This document shows positions 1 through 8,270 of a DNA stretch of 41,377 bases, piece after piece. How positions within the stretch are numbered: position 1 is the first letter of the stretch; the number at the start of each line of letters is the position of its first letter. The DNA comes from an uncultured Methanosarcinales archaeon. GTDB taxonomy: Archaea > Nanobdellota > Nanobdellia > Woesearchaeales > GW2011-AR9. The stretch spans positions 1 through 41,377 of the forward strand of contig CAYSCV010000001.1 of the NCBI GenBank assembly GCA_964429715.1. The letters run 5' to 3'. A program made the translations under genes and the position numbers. The notes beneath the pieces are model-generated. The model did not search any database. It worked only from the letters and a program-made list of their open reading frames with translations, and had not been told where the DNA came from.

Positions 1-39
1 TAATGTGCCATCTAAGTCAAATATGAGATATTTATACAT
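1..39 (-). CDS. HAD-superfamily hydrolase, first 13 codons only (gene runs off the left edge)
   Basis: Reverse complement of 1-39 reads ATG TAT AAA TAT CTC ATA TTT GAC TTA GAT GGC ACA TTA = MYKYLIFDLDGTL. A hydrophobic run followed by DxDGTL is HAD motif I. The fragment is too short for anything more. Confidence 0.4.
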   Translation of the reverse strand, partial: MYKYLIFDLDGTL

Positions 40-158
40 TTTTTTTTAATTCTCTCTTTCTCTTATAAATAGAATGAAACTCTTTTCAGTAATATATTGC
101 ACTTATTTTGAAACTGAGATCTTTTTTGTTAAAGTTATTTAGAAGAGTATATCACTAG

Positions 159-168
159 CTTTAAAAAG
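159..168 (+). promoter_or_regulatory. TATA-box-like element (ctttaaaaag) upstream of the flippase gene
   Basis: A/T box centred about 29 nt upstream of ATG 193. The same spacing recurs at other operon-leading genes in this window. No Shine-Dalgarno lies between the box and the ATG. Confidence 0.35.
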
Positions 169-192
169 GGTCTTAGGGTGGTTTTTATTGTT

Positions 193-1680
193 ATGACTTA
201 TACTAAACGGGCTATACGAGGTTCTGCACTTATTTTTGTTATAGGAATTATTGCTTCGGCAATTAGTTATGCAACAATTGTGTTCCTGGCACGAAGTTTA
301 GGAACGCATGATTATGGTTTATTTAATTCAGTGTTTACGTTTGTTCTTTTTTTCTTGTTTTTTCGGGATTTGGGGTTGCCGCAGGCGCTCACTAAATATA
401 TTGTTGAATATGGGACACAGAAAAAATATGATGAGATTAAAACAGCTATTGTTGCGGTTTTTTCTTTTGAATTATTCAGTTCTTTGCTGATTGCTCTCTT
501 TTTCTTTTTTTCGGCAGATTTTTTAGCAGTGGTTTATTTCAAAGATCCGTTATCTGCTTTTATGTTAAAATTGTTGATTGTTTATTTATTTGGAAGTGTT
601 TTTTTCGGCACGTTTAAGGATATATTCTTAGGTTTTCAGCAGATATTTTTATTTTCGTTTACTGAATTTATGAAGAATATATGTGTATTTTTGTCTGTTT
701 TGTTATTTGTTTATATGGGTAAAGGTCCACTGGCACCGGTTTTAGCTTATGTTCTTACTAGTATAGTTATTTCTTTATTCTTTTTACCTTTTTTCTGTAG
801 GAAGTTTAATTTTTTCGATTATAAAATTACTAACTTTCATACGATCTCTCGTAATCTTTTCTTTTTTTCTTTGCCGGTTTTTGCAACAGCAGCAGGAGGT
901 AAAATAATAGCATATGTTGATACGTTATTATTAACCTATTATCGTTCTTTATCGGAAGTTGGAATCTACAATGCAGTTCTGCCAACTTCAATGATTTTTA
1001 CACATTTTGTTGCTGGGGCGATTGCGTCTATGGTTTTTCCTATTTCCTCTGAATTGTGGTATAAAAATGATGTAAAAAAGTTAGCAGAGGGTGTACGTTT
1101 ATTGTATAAGTATCTCTTTATGTTTACTATCCCTGTGGTGTTTCCGGTTATTGTTTTTGCTCATTATTTTATACTCCTTTTTTTTGGAGCTTCTTATCTC
1201 CCTGGAGTTTTGGCGTTCCAAATTTTATCTGCAGGTATGTTCTTATGGACTTTGGCAAGTATAAATAATAATATACTTACAGCTATCGGGAAGCCAAAAG
1301 AAGTGATGAAGATTATTTTTTACGCCGCGGTGCTTAATCTTGGTTTAAATTTGATTGTGATACCTATATATGGGATAGAAGGAGCAGCTGTTGCAACAAC
1401 TTTAAGTTATGTTATTGGATTAATCCTTTCTACTTTTAAATTGTGTTCGATTTTGGGATTATCTTTTCCATGGAAACAGTGGTTACTATTAGGCATTCTT
1501 GCTACTATTTTTAGTTTTGCGATGTTTGGGGTTATGCAGTTTATTCATTGGCCGATACTTCTTTCGATTTTAATTAGTATTTTAATCTCGGTTATGATTT
1601 ATGTGATGTTACTTTTTTGTTTTCGACTGATTGATATAATTGAATTAAAGAAATATCTCACATTAGTATTTCAAAAATGA
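193..1680 (+). CDS. Wzx/MOP-family oligosaccharide (polysaccharide) flippase
   Basis: About 495-aa protein made almost entirely of hydrophobic helices. Length and composition are typical of polysaccharide biosynthesis/flippase (Wzx, RfbX-like) proteins, and it sits in a glycan locus. The track ORF starts at GTG 178. ATG 193 fits the upstream TATA-like box better. Confidence 0.7.
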   Translation: MTYTKRAIRGSALIFVIGIIASAISYATIVFLARSLGTHDYGLFNSVFTFVLFFLFFRDLGLPQALTKYIVEYGTQKKYDEIKTAIVAVFSFELFSSLLIALFFFFSADFLAVVYFKDPLSAFMLKLLIVYLFGSVFFGTFKDIFLGFQQIFLFSFTEFMKNICVFLSVLLFVYMGKGPLAPVLAYVLTSIVISLFFLPFFCRKFNFFDYKITNFHTISRNLFFFSLPVFATAAGGKIIAYVDTLLLTYYRSLSEVGIYNAVLPTSMIFTHFVAGAIASMVFPISSELWYKNDVKKLAEGVRLLYKYLFMFTIPVVFPVIVFAHYFILLFFGASYLPGVLAFQILSAGMFLWTLASINNNILTAIGKPKEVMKIIFYAAVLNLGLNLIVIPIYGIEGAAVATTLSYVIGLILSTFKLCSILGLSFPWKQWLLLGILATIFSFAMFGVMQFIHWPILLSILISILISVMIYVMLLFCFRLIDIIELKKYLTLVFQK

Positions 1681-1687
1681 GGGGAAA

Positions 1688-2986
1688 ATGGAAGAATTCA
1701 CTCAATATAAATTGGTTTTAAATGTACTAGGCCAAGAAAAGGTTAGATATTGTGTGTTACGTAATTTTTCTTTTCTTGAGGAGGAGAGAAATCCTGCCAC
1801 TTCCGTGGAAAGGAGCGTGGATATTAGTGTCCATTCTCAGGATTACATAAAATTACATGATATATTTATCCGATGCGGTTTTTTAAGGAGAAAAGATCAA
1901 TTTTCATTAAAACATAAAGCGTATTTTAAATTAGTTGGGAAAAATGTGGTTAGTTTTGATGTCCAGGTAGGCGGTATATATTGGAATGATATGGGTTATT
2001 TGGGCGATGATATTTTTGATCGGCGGTTGAATAAAACATATTTTAGTGTTCTTTCAGAGGAAGATTCGTTTGTGATGTATGTCCTGCATTCTATACTTGG
2101 GAAGAGACGGTTTAAACAAAAATATCAAGAAGTCTTATTATCCCTCTTACCAAGAGTGAATACTAAAGCAGTTATACTCCAATTTTCTGTCGTGTTCAAT
2201 ACTTCAATTGCGCAATGGCTTTATCGAAAAGTTTCGGAAGGAAAGTTTGAGGAAATATTGCGTTGGAAATACTTTTTAATCTCATATTTTATTTTATGTT
2301 CTCCTCAACATTTGATTACTTCATTTCTGTTGCTCGGACGATGGATCAAATGGAAGAAATTTTGTACGGCGTATCCTTTGATTAGTGTTATTGGTCCGGA
2401 TGGGGCGGGAAAATCGACTCTGATCAAATTGTTGGAGGAGCAGTTGAAGCGTTACAACCGTAAAGTTTGTGTTATTTATACGGGGCGGGGACGGTCTCAA
2501 ATAATCCCGATTAGAACAATTGGGAATAAATATAAACATAAAGAGAAACGGAATGATACGAAAGTAAGAAGTTCTGTTTTATCTAAGAAATTGATCTATA
2601 CTTTATGGGCATTTGTGTCTGCTTTTGATTTACTGTTGCGATATTTTTTTAAGATTATGTCGGCACGAAGGAGAAGGACGATTGTGTTAACTGATAGATA
2701 TTGTTCTGATATTTTTTTGATGAAGCATGTGCCGTTGTTTTTGAAGAAATGTTTATTACGATTGTTTCCCAAACCAACTTTGACGTTTTATTTGTATAAT
2801 TCAGTTGAGGTGTTACATTCTCGTCGTCCTGCGGAAACAGTTGAAGAGTTAGAACGGCAGATGGTTCTTTTTGGTTATTTAGAGCAGTATTTGCATGCGT
2901 ATGCAATACAAACGGATAATTTAGATGTAACTGAACAAGAGATTATTCAAGAAGTGATGGAGTTTATGTATAGAGAGTGGTATTGA
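1688..2986 (+). CDS. Uncharacterised two-domain protein: nucleotidyltransferase-like N-terminal domain plus thymidylate-kinase-like P-loop domain
   Basis: Walker A VIGPDGAGKSTL is followed by a DRY-type motif (IVLTDRYCSDIF), as in dTMP/deoxynucleoside kinases. The N-terminal ~220 aa carry VDISVHSQDY and SFDVQV segments reminiscent of uncharacterised nucleotidyltransferase (NTP_transf_5-like) domains. GAGGGG SD lies upstream. Collinear paralogue of 36135..37490. Confidence 0.5.
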   Translation: MEEFTQYKLVLNVLGQEKVRYCVLRNFSFLEEERNPATSVERSVDISVHSQDYIKLHDIFIRCGFLRRKDQFSLKHKAYFKLVGKNVVSFDVQVGGIYWNDMGYLGDDIFDRRLNKTYFSVLSEEDSFVMYVLHSILGKRRFKQKYQEVLLSLLPRVNTKAVILQFSVVFNTSIAQWLYRKVSEGKFEEILRWKYFLISYFILCSPQHLITSFLLLGRWIKWKKFCTAYPLISVIGPDGAGKSTLIKLLEEQLKRYNRKVCVIYTGRGRSQIIPIRTIGNKYKHKEKRNDTKVRSSVLSKKLIYTLWAFVSAFDLLLRYFFKIMSARRRRTIVLTDRYCSDIFLMKHVPLFLKKCLLRLFPKPTLTFYLYNSVEVLHSRRPAETVEELERQMVLFGYLEQYLHAYAIQTDNLDVTEQEIIQEVMEFMYREWY

Positions 2987-3005
2987 ATAGTTTAGATTAG
3001 AAATA

Positions 3006-3015
3006 CATATAAATT
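3006..3015 (+). promoter_or_regulatory. TATA-box-like element (catataaatt)
   Basis: Centred about 26 nt upstream of ATG 3036, with no SD in between. Confidence 0.35.
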
Positions 3016-3035
3016 ACTACTCAATTTTTAGATTT

Positions 3036-3317
3036 ATGGCTGATTTAAAGAAAAAATATAAAGTGGTATATGATAGGGCGGGTTGTATTGGTGTATTAAC
3101 TTGTAGCGCATTCTATCCCGAACGTTGGGCTATAAGCAAGGATGATGCAAAGGCGGATCTAGTGGGGGGTGTTGAGGATAAAACATCTCCAGGAATATGG
3201 TTATTGGAGTTTACAGAAGAAGAATTAGAACGTTTTAAGTTGTCTGCGGAGTCTTGTCCGGTGGCAGTGATTCATATTTATGATGTTGAGACGAATGAGA
3301 AAAAGTGTGATTGTTAA
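3036..3317 (+). CDS. Small single-cluster ferredoxin, 3-Cys type (likely [3Fe-4S]-like)
   Basis: 93 aa. CIGVLTC (C-x5-C with Val at the position of the usual second Cys/Asp ligand) plus a distal CPVAVIHI (Cys-Pro) is the pattern of single-cluster ferredoxins. Confidence 0.6.
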   Translation: MADLKKKYKVVYDRAGCIGVLTCSAFYPERWAISKDDAKADLVGGVEDKTSPGIWLLEFTEEELERFKLSAESCPVAVIHIYDVETNEKKCDC

Positions 3318-3324
3318 AATCATA

Positions 3325-3334
3325 ATATTTAAAA
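3325..3334 (+). promoter_or_regulatory. TATA-box-like element (atatttaaaa)
   Basis: Centred about 28 nt upstream of ATG 3358, with no SD. Confidence 0.35.
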
Positions 3335-3357
3335 ACTAACTTTAGGCAGTAATAGAA

Positions 3358-4428
3358 ATGTTACCTGTTGATGTAGTAGATTCTTTTGCTTCTTCTAAAA
3401 TACTTACGTTAGATAAAATCTTGGAAATTGTAAAAAAGCTGAAAGAGCAACATACAACAGTTGGCCTCTGCCACGGGGGGTTTGATCTTTTACATCCAGG
3501 CCATATAAAACATTTTGAGTCGGCACGGAAGTTATGCGATGTACTGGTGGTGTCGGTTACATCTGATAGATTTGTTGCGGGCAGAAAAGGTGATGGACGG
3601 CCGGTGTTTTCAGCGCAGCTGCGGGCGTATAGTATTGCGGCATTAGCGTGTGTTGATTATGTTGTTGTGACGGATTTTGCGAAAGGGGTTGAGGTGATTG
3701 AACTATTGAAACCATCTTATTATATCAAAGGGCCTGATTTCATTGGAAAAAATACGCCGGGAATTATATCTGAGCGGGAGGCGATTGCGCGTGTGGGCGG
3801 GGAGATGAAGTATACAATGGATGTGAAGCTTTCTACGATGGAGATTATTTCGTATATTAAGAATGAATTGGATCGCAAGGATGTGCTTGTGGTGCTTGAT
3901 CGTGATGGAACATTGATTGAGCATTCTACAGATTTTTTTGGCCGGCAGGAGAATTGGTGCGAGGAGTTGAAGTTGATTATGCCGGTTGTGAGTATGATTT
4001 CGTATTTGCAGACTCGGTTTAAGGTTATGGCGATTGTGGCGTCAAATCAGGCGGGGGTGGCGCGAGGGTTGTATGATTGCAAGCGAGTTGAGGAAATTCA
4101 TAGGCATATTGATGGGTTGTTGAAAGCGCAGGGTGTGCTGATTTCTTCTTGGAAATATTCGCCGGATGTTGATTTGGTGTATGCTTTAGCGATGAAGGGG
4201 AAGATTGATTTTTTGCCGGCGTTTGTGAAAGAGAAGACGATGCGCAAGCCTGCGATGGGAATGGTTGAGGAGGCATTACGAGAATTGGGGCGGTCGTTAG
4301 GAGATTTTAGTTCTGTGATGGTGTTTGGCGATCAGAAGGAGGATGAGGGATTGGCGGTGAATTTGGGCGGGCTTTTTATTGATGTGAAGGGGAAGACGTT
4401 TGAGGAGATGAAGAGGATAGTGGGGTAA
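3358..4428 (+). CDS. Bifunctional heptose 1-phosphate adenylyltransferase-like (RfaE domain II / HldC-like) plus D,D-heptose 1,7-bisphosphate phosphatase-like (GmhB, HAD) protein
   Basis: N-terminus: GLCHGGFDLLHPGHIKHFESARKLCDVLVVSVTSD, the cytidylyltransferase-fold HxGH signature. C-terminus: VLDRDGTLIE, ASNQAGVARG and RKPAMGM, which are GmhB-type HAD motifs I-III. Confidence 0.7.
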   Translation: MLPVDVVDSFASSKILTLDKILEIVKKLKEQHTTVGLCHGGFDLLHPGHIKHFESARKLCDVLVVSVTSDRFVAGRKGDGRPVFSAQLRAYSIAALACVDYVVVTDFAKGVEVIELLKPSYYIKGPDFIGKNTPGIISEREAIARVGGEMKYTMDVKLSTMEIISYIKNELDRKDVLVVLDRDGTLIEHSTDFFGRQENWCEELKLIMPVVSMISYLQTRFKVMAIVASNQAGVARGLYDCKRVEEIHRHIDGLLKAQGVLISSWKYSPDVDLVYALAMKGKIDFLPAFVKEKTMRKPAMGMVEEALRELGRSLGDFSSVMVFGDQKEDEGLAVNLGGLFIDVKGKTFEEMKRIVG

Positions 4429-4437
4429 TATACTACG

Positions 4438-5334
4438 ATGAAAAAAGAAGATATTATGCCGTTTATTAGTGTGGTTATTCCTTCCTATAATGAGGAAGAG
4501 AGGATAGAGAGGTGTTTGCGTTCGGTTTTTGCGCAACGATTAGAAGGCATCTATGAAGTGATTGTTGTTGATAGTTCTACAGATACTACTCCTCAAATTA
4601 TTTTGGAGAAATTTCCTTTGGTCAGATTATTTCATCGTGATCAGCAAACACTTCCAGGGGCAGCACGCAACATCGGTGTAAAACAAGCTAAAGGGAGAAT
4701 TATTGCTTTTTTGGATGGGCATTGTGTTGCTGATATATTTTGGCTGCAAAATGCTTTACTGGCGATGAAAGAATCGGGTTCTTTTGTTATCGGCGGGGCT
4801 TTACGAAATGCAAATCCGGAAAAATTTGTGAGTGTTGCTGATTTTATTTTAGCATTTAATGAATTTTCTGAGGGAATGCCTTCACGTTTTGTGACTTTTA
4901 TGCCAAGTTGTAATTTTATATGCACCAAAGAAGTGTTTGAAAAAGTGGGGGGGTTTGATGAGAGTTTACGGGCAGGCGAAGATACAATGTTTTGTTATAC
5001 TTTAGTTCAAAATGGTTATGTTCTTTATTTTGATGAGCGTGTTTTAGTTGAGCGGTTTAATAGGGAGCTGTGGAAAAATTTTTTGGAACATCACCGTCGT
5101 TTTGGACAATATTCAGCGTATGTACGAAAGAGGGTACATTTATCCGGAAGTATATTTGTTCGGTTTCCAGTATTGATATTAGGGATGCCTGTGGTGAGAA
5201 GCGGACTAATATTTTTACGTTTGTTAAGATATAATCAAAGATTGTTAGCTGATTTTTTTGTAGTATTCCCTTTGTTTTTTGCGGGTATTTCTGTGTGGAG
5301 TTGGGGATTTTTAAAAGAGGCAGTGAAGAAATGA
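4438..5334 (+). CDS. Family 2 glycosyltransferase (GT-A) with C-terminal membrane segments
   Basis: ISVVIPSYNEEERIERCL start, VVDSSTDTT, FLDGH and GEDTMF motifs typical of GT2. The C-terminus is hydrophobic. Confidence 0.8.
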   Translation: MKKEDIMPFISVVIPSYNEEERIERCLRSVFAQRLEGIYEVIVVDSSTDTTPQIILEKFPLVRLFHRDQQTLPGAARNIGVKQAKGRIIAFLDGHCVADIFWLQNALLAMKESGSFVIGGALRNANPEKFVSVADFILAFNEFSEGMPSRFVTFMPSCNFICTKEVFEKVGGFDESLRAGEDTMFCYTLVQNGYVLYFDERVLVERFNRELWKNFLEHHRRFGQYSAYVRKRVHLSGSIFVRFPVLILGMPVVRSGLIFLRLLRYNQRLLADFFVVFPLFFAGISVWSWGFLKEAVKK

Positions 5335-5370
5335 ACATTTTAAATGGAATTGTGCGGATTAAATCATAAC

Positions 5371-5380
5371 ATTTTTAAAT
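5371..5380 (+). promoter_or_regulatory. TATA-box-like element (atttttaaat)
   Basis: Centred about 27 nt upstream of ATG 5403, with no SD. Confidence 0.35.
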
Positions 5381-5402
5381 CAGTTTTGTCGTTTGATATA
5401 AA

Positions 5403-6623
5403 ATGAGAAGAACATATCTTACGTTGTTGAAGTACTTGGTTGTTACAAAACCTAAGACACCGCTTCAGCTGATTCACTTTGTCACTTCTAAATGTAATGC
5501 GAAATGCGGCCATTGTTTTTATTGGAGTCAGTTAAACACGAAGGGGGAATTATCATTAGAGGAGATCAATAAAATAACGAAAACGTTACCCGATTTGGTT
5601 ATTTTAAACATAAGCGGGGGTGAGCCTTTTATTCGTCAAGACTTCGCGGAGGTTATCAAGACGTATTATCGTAATACTCGACTCAAAGAAGTGACTATTC
5701 CTACAAATGCTACGTTTACGGAGAAAATGCGAGCGGATTGTATTAGTATCTTAGATTATTGCAAAGGAATGGATTTAAATATTGTTGTTTCGTTGGATGG
5801 GATTGAAAAAATCCACGATGAGATACGAGAGGTAAAAGATTGTTTTAAGACTGCACAAAAATCATTTATGATGTTGAAAGAATTGCAACAACAATATCCT
5901 GGTTTACAAGTATCTATTGTTTCGACGCTCACAGCGTTGAATCAAGATACGGTGGAAGAATTTCATCGGCAAATGAATACGGAATGGAAGCCAGATGTGT
6001 TAGGGATGAATTTGATTCGCGGCGAAGCTAAAAAGATGGATTTATTCGGGGTTAATTTAGATAATTACAAAAAATTTTTTGCATTGCAATCTAAATCCCG
6101 TAAATGGAGTTTTAAAAATAAGATTCGTGATTATATGAATAAATTGAGGACGGGTATGATTATTCGGACTGTGGAAGATAAAAAGATGTATGTGCCTTGT
6201 AAAGCGGGAACTTTAATGGGCGTTATGTATGAAAAAGGAGACGTGTACCCCTGTGAATTACTTAATCAACAAAAAATAGGGAATGTTCGTGATTTTAATT
6301 ATGATTTTACCAAACTCTGGACTTCTGCGGCAACTCAAAAAAGTGCTAAATGGATTAAAGATACAAAGTGTTATTGTACTCATGAATGCTTTCAGCGATT
6401 TAATATTTTGTATAATCCTACATTTATGGCGAAGCATGCGGTTAAATCGTGGGTGGGGAAATCAGAGATTATAAATAGTTTGCAATTAAATGATCATCAA
6501 GTGAGTTCTAAAGAAGATCTTATTAAGATTGGGAAGATGAGGGGTATACGAGTAGAACAAAAAGAAGCAGGTGATTTATCTACTCATATGGTTGAGGAGA
6601 AAGAAATCTCTTTGCCAAAGTAA
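5403..6623 (+). CDS. Radical SAM enzyme with C-terminal SPASM/twitch-like Cys-rich extension
   Basis: CNAKCGHCFY is a CxxxCxxC motif and ISGGEPF is a SAM-binding GGE motif. C-terminal PCKAGTLMGVMYEKGDVYPCE and CYCTHEC clusters resemble an auxiliary-cluster domain. Confidence 0.8.
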   Translation: MRRTYLTLLKYLVVTKPKTPLQLIHFVTSKCNAKCGHCFYWSQLNTKGELSLEEINKITKTLPDLVILNISGGEPFIRQDFAEVIKTYYRNTRLKEVTIPTNATFTEKMRADCISILDYCKGMDLNIVVSLDGIEKIHDEIREVKDCFKTAQKSFMMLKELQQQYPGLQVSIVSTLTALNQDTVEEFHRQMNTEWKPDVLGMNLIRGEAKKMDLFGVNLDNYKKFFALQSKSRKWSFKNKIRDYMNKLRTGMIIRTVEDKKMYVPCKAGTLMGVMYEKGDVYPCELLNQQKIGNVRDFNYDFTKLWTSAATQKSAKWIKDTKCYCTHECFQRFNILYNPTFMAKHAVKSWVGKSEIINSLQLNDHQVSSKEDLIKIGKMRGIRVEQKEAGDLSTHMVEEKEISLPK

Positions 6624-6647
6624 GTATTTAATTTTATCTCTCTTCTC

Positions 6648-8264
6648 TTATTCTACTCGTTTTGCGTATACGTCACCAACATTGGTATTATTTAAAGCGT
6701 TTGTAACAAGACGTTTGACGCAGTGATTGAGCACGAGATGATGGATGTCTTCGGCGACTTCCATGTCGTTTACGGTGGCGTGGATGGCGAGATGAGCAAT
6801 GTCTTTGATTTTGCCACCTTTATAACCGCAGATAGCTACGGTTTTGGCGCCAATGGAATTAGCGTATTCCATGGCTTTGACGACGTTTGTGGAGTTGCCG
6901 CTGCCGGAGATACCTATGACCAGATCATCTTTTTTGGCGAAGTTTTTGAGTTGTTCGATGAAGATGTCATCATATGAAATATCATTGGCGATGGCCATTA
7001 ATGCGGGCAGGTTGTCACTTAAGCAGGTGGCTTTAAAGCGTTTATCTAAGCCGTAGGAAACGCCTTTGATGAGATCACCGCAGAAATGAGAGGCGGTTGC
7101 GGAACTACCGCCATTACCAAAAACGTAGATGTTACGTTCGTTGTGATAGGTGTCAAGTAGTAAGCGCACAAATTGGTCGATGTGTTCGATGCTGATGTTA
7201 CTTAATGTATCATTGACGGATGTAAGATAATTTTTAATTTCAATTTTGTAAAGATCTTTGATGAAGTGAAGCAGGCTTGCTTTGTTAATACTTTCTTTGT
7301 TGCCCATGATATTTGCGGCCAGAGCTCCCGCGCAGTTGCCAATGAAAGGGATTATTTCTGGTTCCGCTTTGATATAACTGAGAAGGGCAGTGATGGAAAA
7401 TACGGCGTCTCCTGCACCGATGGTGTCTTTTACTGTAGTGGAGAGAATAGGGGCTTTCATGAGATTACCATTTTGTGCGAATATGGACCCTTCTTTTCCT
7501 AAAGTTACAAGCATGCTTTGATGATTAAGTATTTGGTGGATTTCAGCGATACATTCTGATGCTTTTTCAAAGCGTTTGGAAAACGGGAGGCGTAATTCTT
7601 GTTCATCCATGGTAATGAAATTAAATTTCTTGTAGTTGGTAAAGTAATTGAAGCCCATGTTGGCGCTGTTAGATTGGACATTTAATGCAAGGAATTTGGC
7701 GTTTTTTTCAATGGTTGTTCTGATTTGTTCGTTGATGAAGCCGTGGCCGAAGTCTGCGACAATAACGAGGTCATATTTTGGCAGCTCTTCTTCGAGTAAC
7801 TTACAAATAGATGAAGTTAGTTCAGAATTGATAGGGTTATCATCCATATATTCAATCTTGAATAATTTTGCTTTTTTATAGAAATCAATATATCTTCTTT
7901 TGATAATGGTGGGAGTGTTATTTTTGGTAAAAAAAAAAGGGTTGATGTTCTTTGCGAGATGTTCTGTTATAAATTCTGTTTGAGGTTCTTTATCACCAAG
8001 TAGGGTTATGAGTTTGATGGAGTTGACAAAACTGCTGATATGATTAGCTACGGCAAGAATACCCCCCGCATAGGTTTCTTGTTCTTTGAATTCGGTTGAG
8101 AGAATTGGATCTTTTATAGCACGGCCTTTAAGTTTCACAAATGTGTATTGATCAAGGATGGTGTCGCCGAGAATAAGGACGTTGAGGTTTTGGAGTTTGT
8201 TTAAGAGAGTTTCGATGTACTTAAGATCATAAGTTGCTTGAATTTTTTTAATATATTGTTCCAT
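6648..8264 (-). CDS. Bifunctional PfkB-family sugar kinase (RfaE domain I / HldA-like heptose 7-phosphate kinase) plus sedoheptulose 7-phosphate isomerase-like SIS domain (GmhA)
   Basis: N-terminal ~340 aa have the ribokinase-fold signature DTIGAGDAVF. The C-terminal ~190 aa have GNGGSSATASHFCGDL, ISGSGNSTNV and EDIHHLVLNH, as in GmhA. AAGGTGG SD lies 9 nt upstream of the ATG. Confidence 0.75.
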   Translation of the reverse strand: MEQYIKKIQATYDLKYIETLLNKLQNLNVLILGDTILDQYTFVKLKGRAIKDPILSTEFKEQETYAGGILAVANHISSFVNSIKLITLLGDKEPQTEFITEHLAKNINPFFFTKNNTPTIIKRRYIDFYKKAKLFKIEYMDDNPINSELTSSICKLLEEELPKYDLVIVADFGHGFINEQIRTTIEKNAKFLALNVQSNSANMGFNYFTNYKKFNFITMDEQELRLPFSKRFEKASECIAEIHQILNHQSMLVTLGKEGSIFAQNGNLMKAPILSTTVKDTIGAGDAVFSITALLSYIKAEPEIIPFIGNCAGALAANIMGNKESINKASLLHFIKDLYKIEIKNYLTSVNDTLSNISIEHIDQFVRLLLDTYHNERNIYVFGNGGSSATASHFCGDLIKGVSYGLDKRFKATCLSDNLPALMAIANDISYDDIFIEQLKNFAKKDDLVIGISGSGNSTNVVKAMEYANSIGAKTVAICGYKGGKIKDIAHLAIHATVNDMEVAEDIHHLVLNHCVKRLVTNALNNTNVGDVYAKRVE

Positions 8265-8270
8265 AAAGTT

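Noticed and set aside
1688-2986. Genuine thymidylate kinase (tmk), for this ORF and for 36135..37490
   Set aside because: Both carry a ~220-aa extra N-terminal domain and a long hydrophobic insert between the P-loop and the DRY motif. They occur twice within a glycan locus. Only the generic dNMP-kinase fold motifs are shared.
4025-4276. Antisense and shadow ORFs in the track (for example 4025..4276, 4297..4536, 10814..11212, 13666..13896, 22806..23129, 24273..24566, 28664..29116, 33514..33759)
   Set aside because: Each lies entirely opposite or inside an ORF with clear family motifs. They have low-complexity or biased composition (P/S/T/Q-rich or F/L/I-rich) as expected from the strand skew, and no recognisable motifs or ribosome-binding sites.
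7929-7938. Homopolymer tracts as phase-variation switches: A10 inside the kinase-isomerase gene (encoding FFF on the minus strand), T9 at 10336-10344 in the ADH gene, and T10 at 12855-12864 between the transketolase subunits
   Set aside because: A/T runs of this length are expected in such an AT-rich sequence and here encode Phe/Lys runs. Known contingency loci mostly use G/C tracts or show read-level length variation, which cannot be assessed here.
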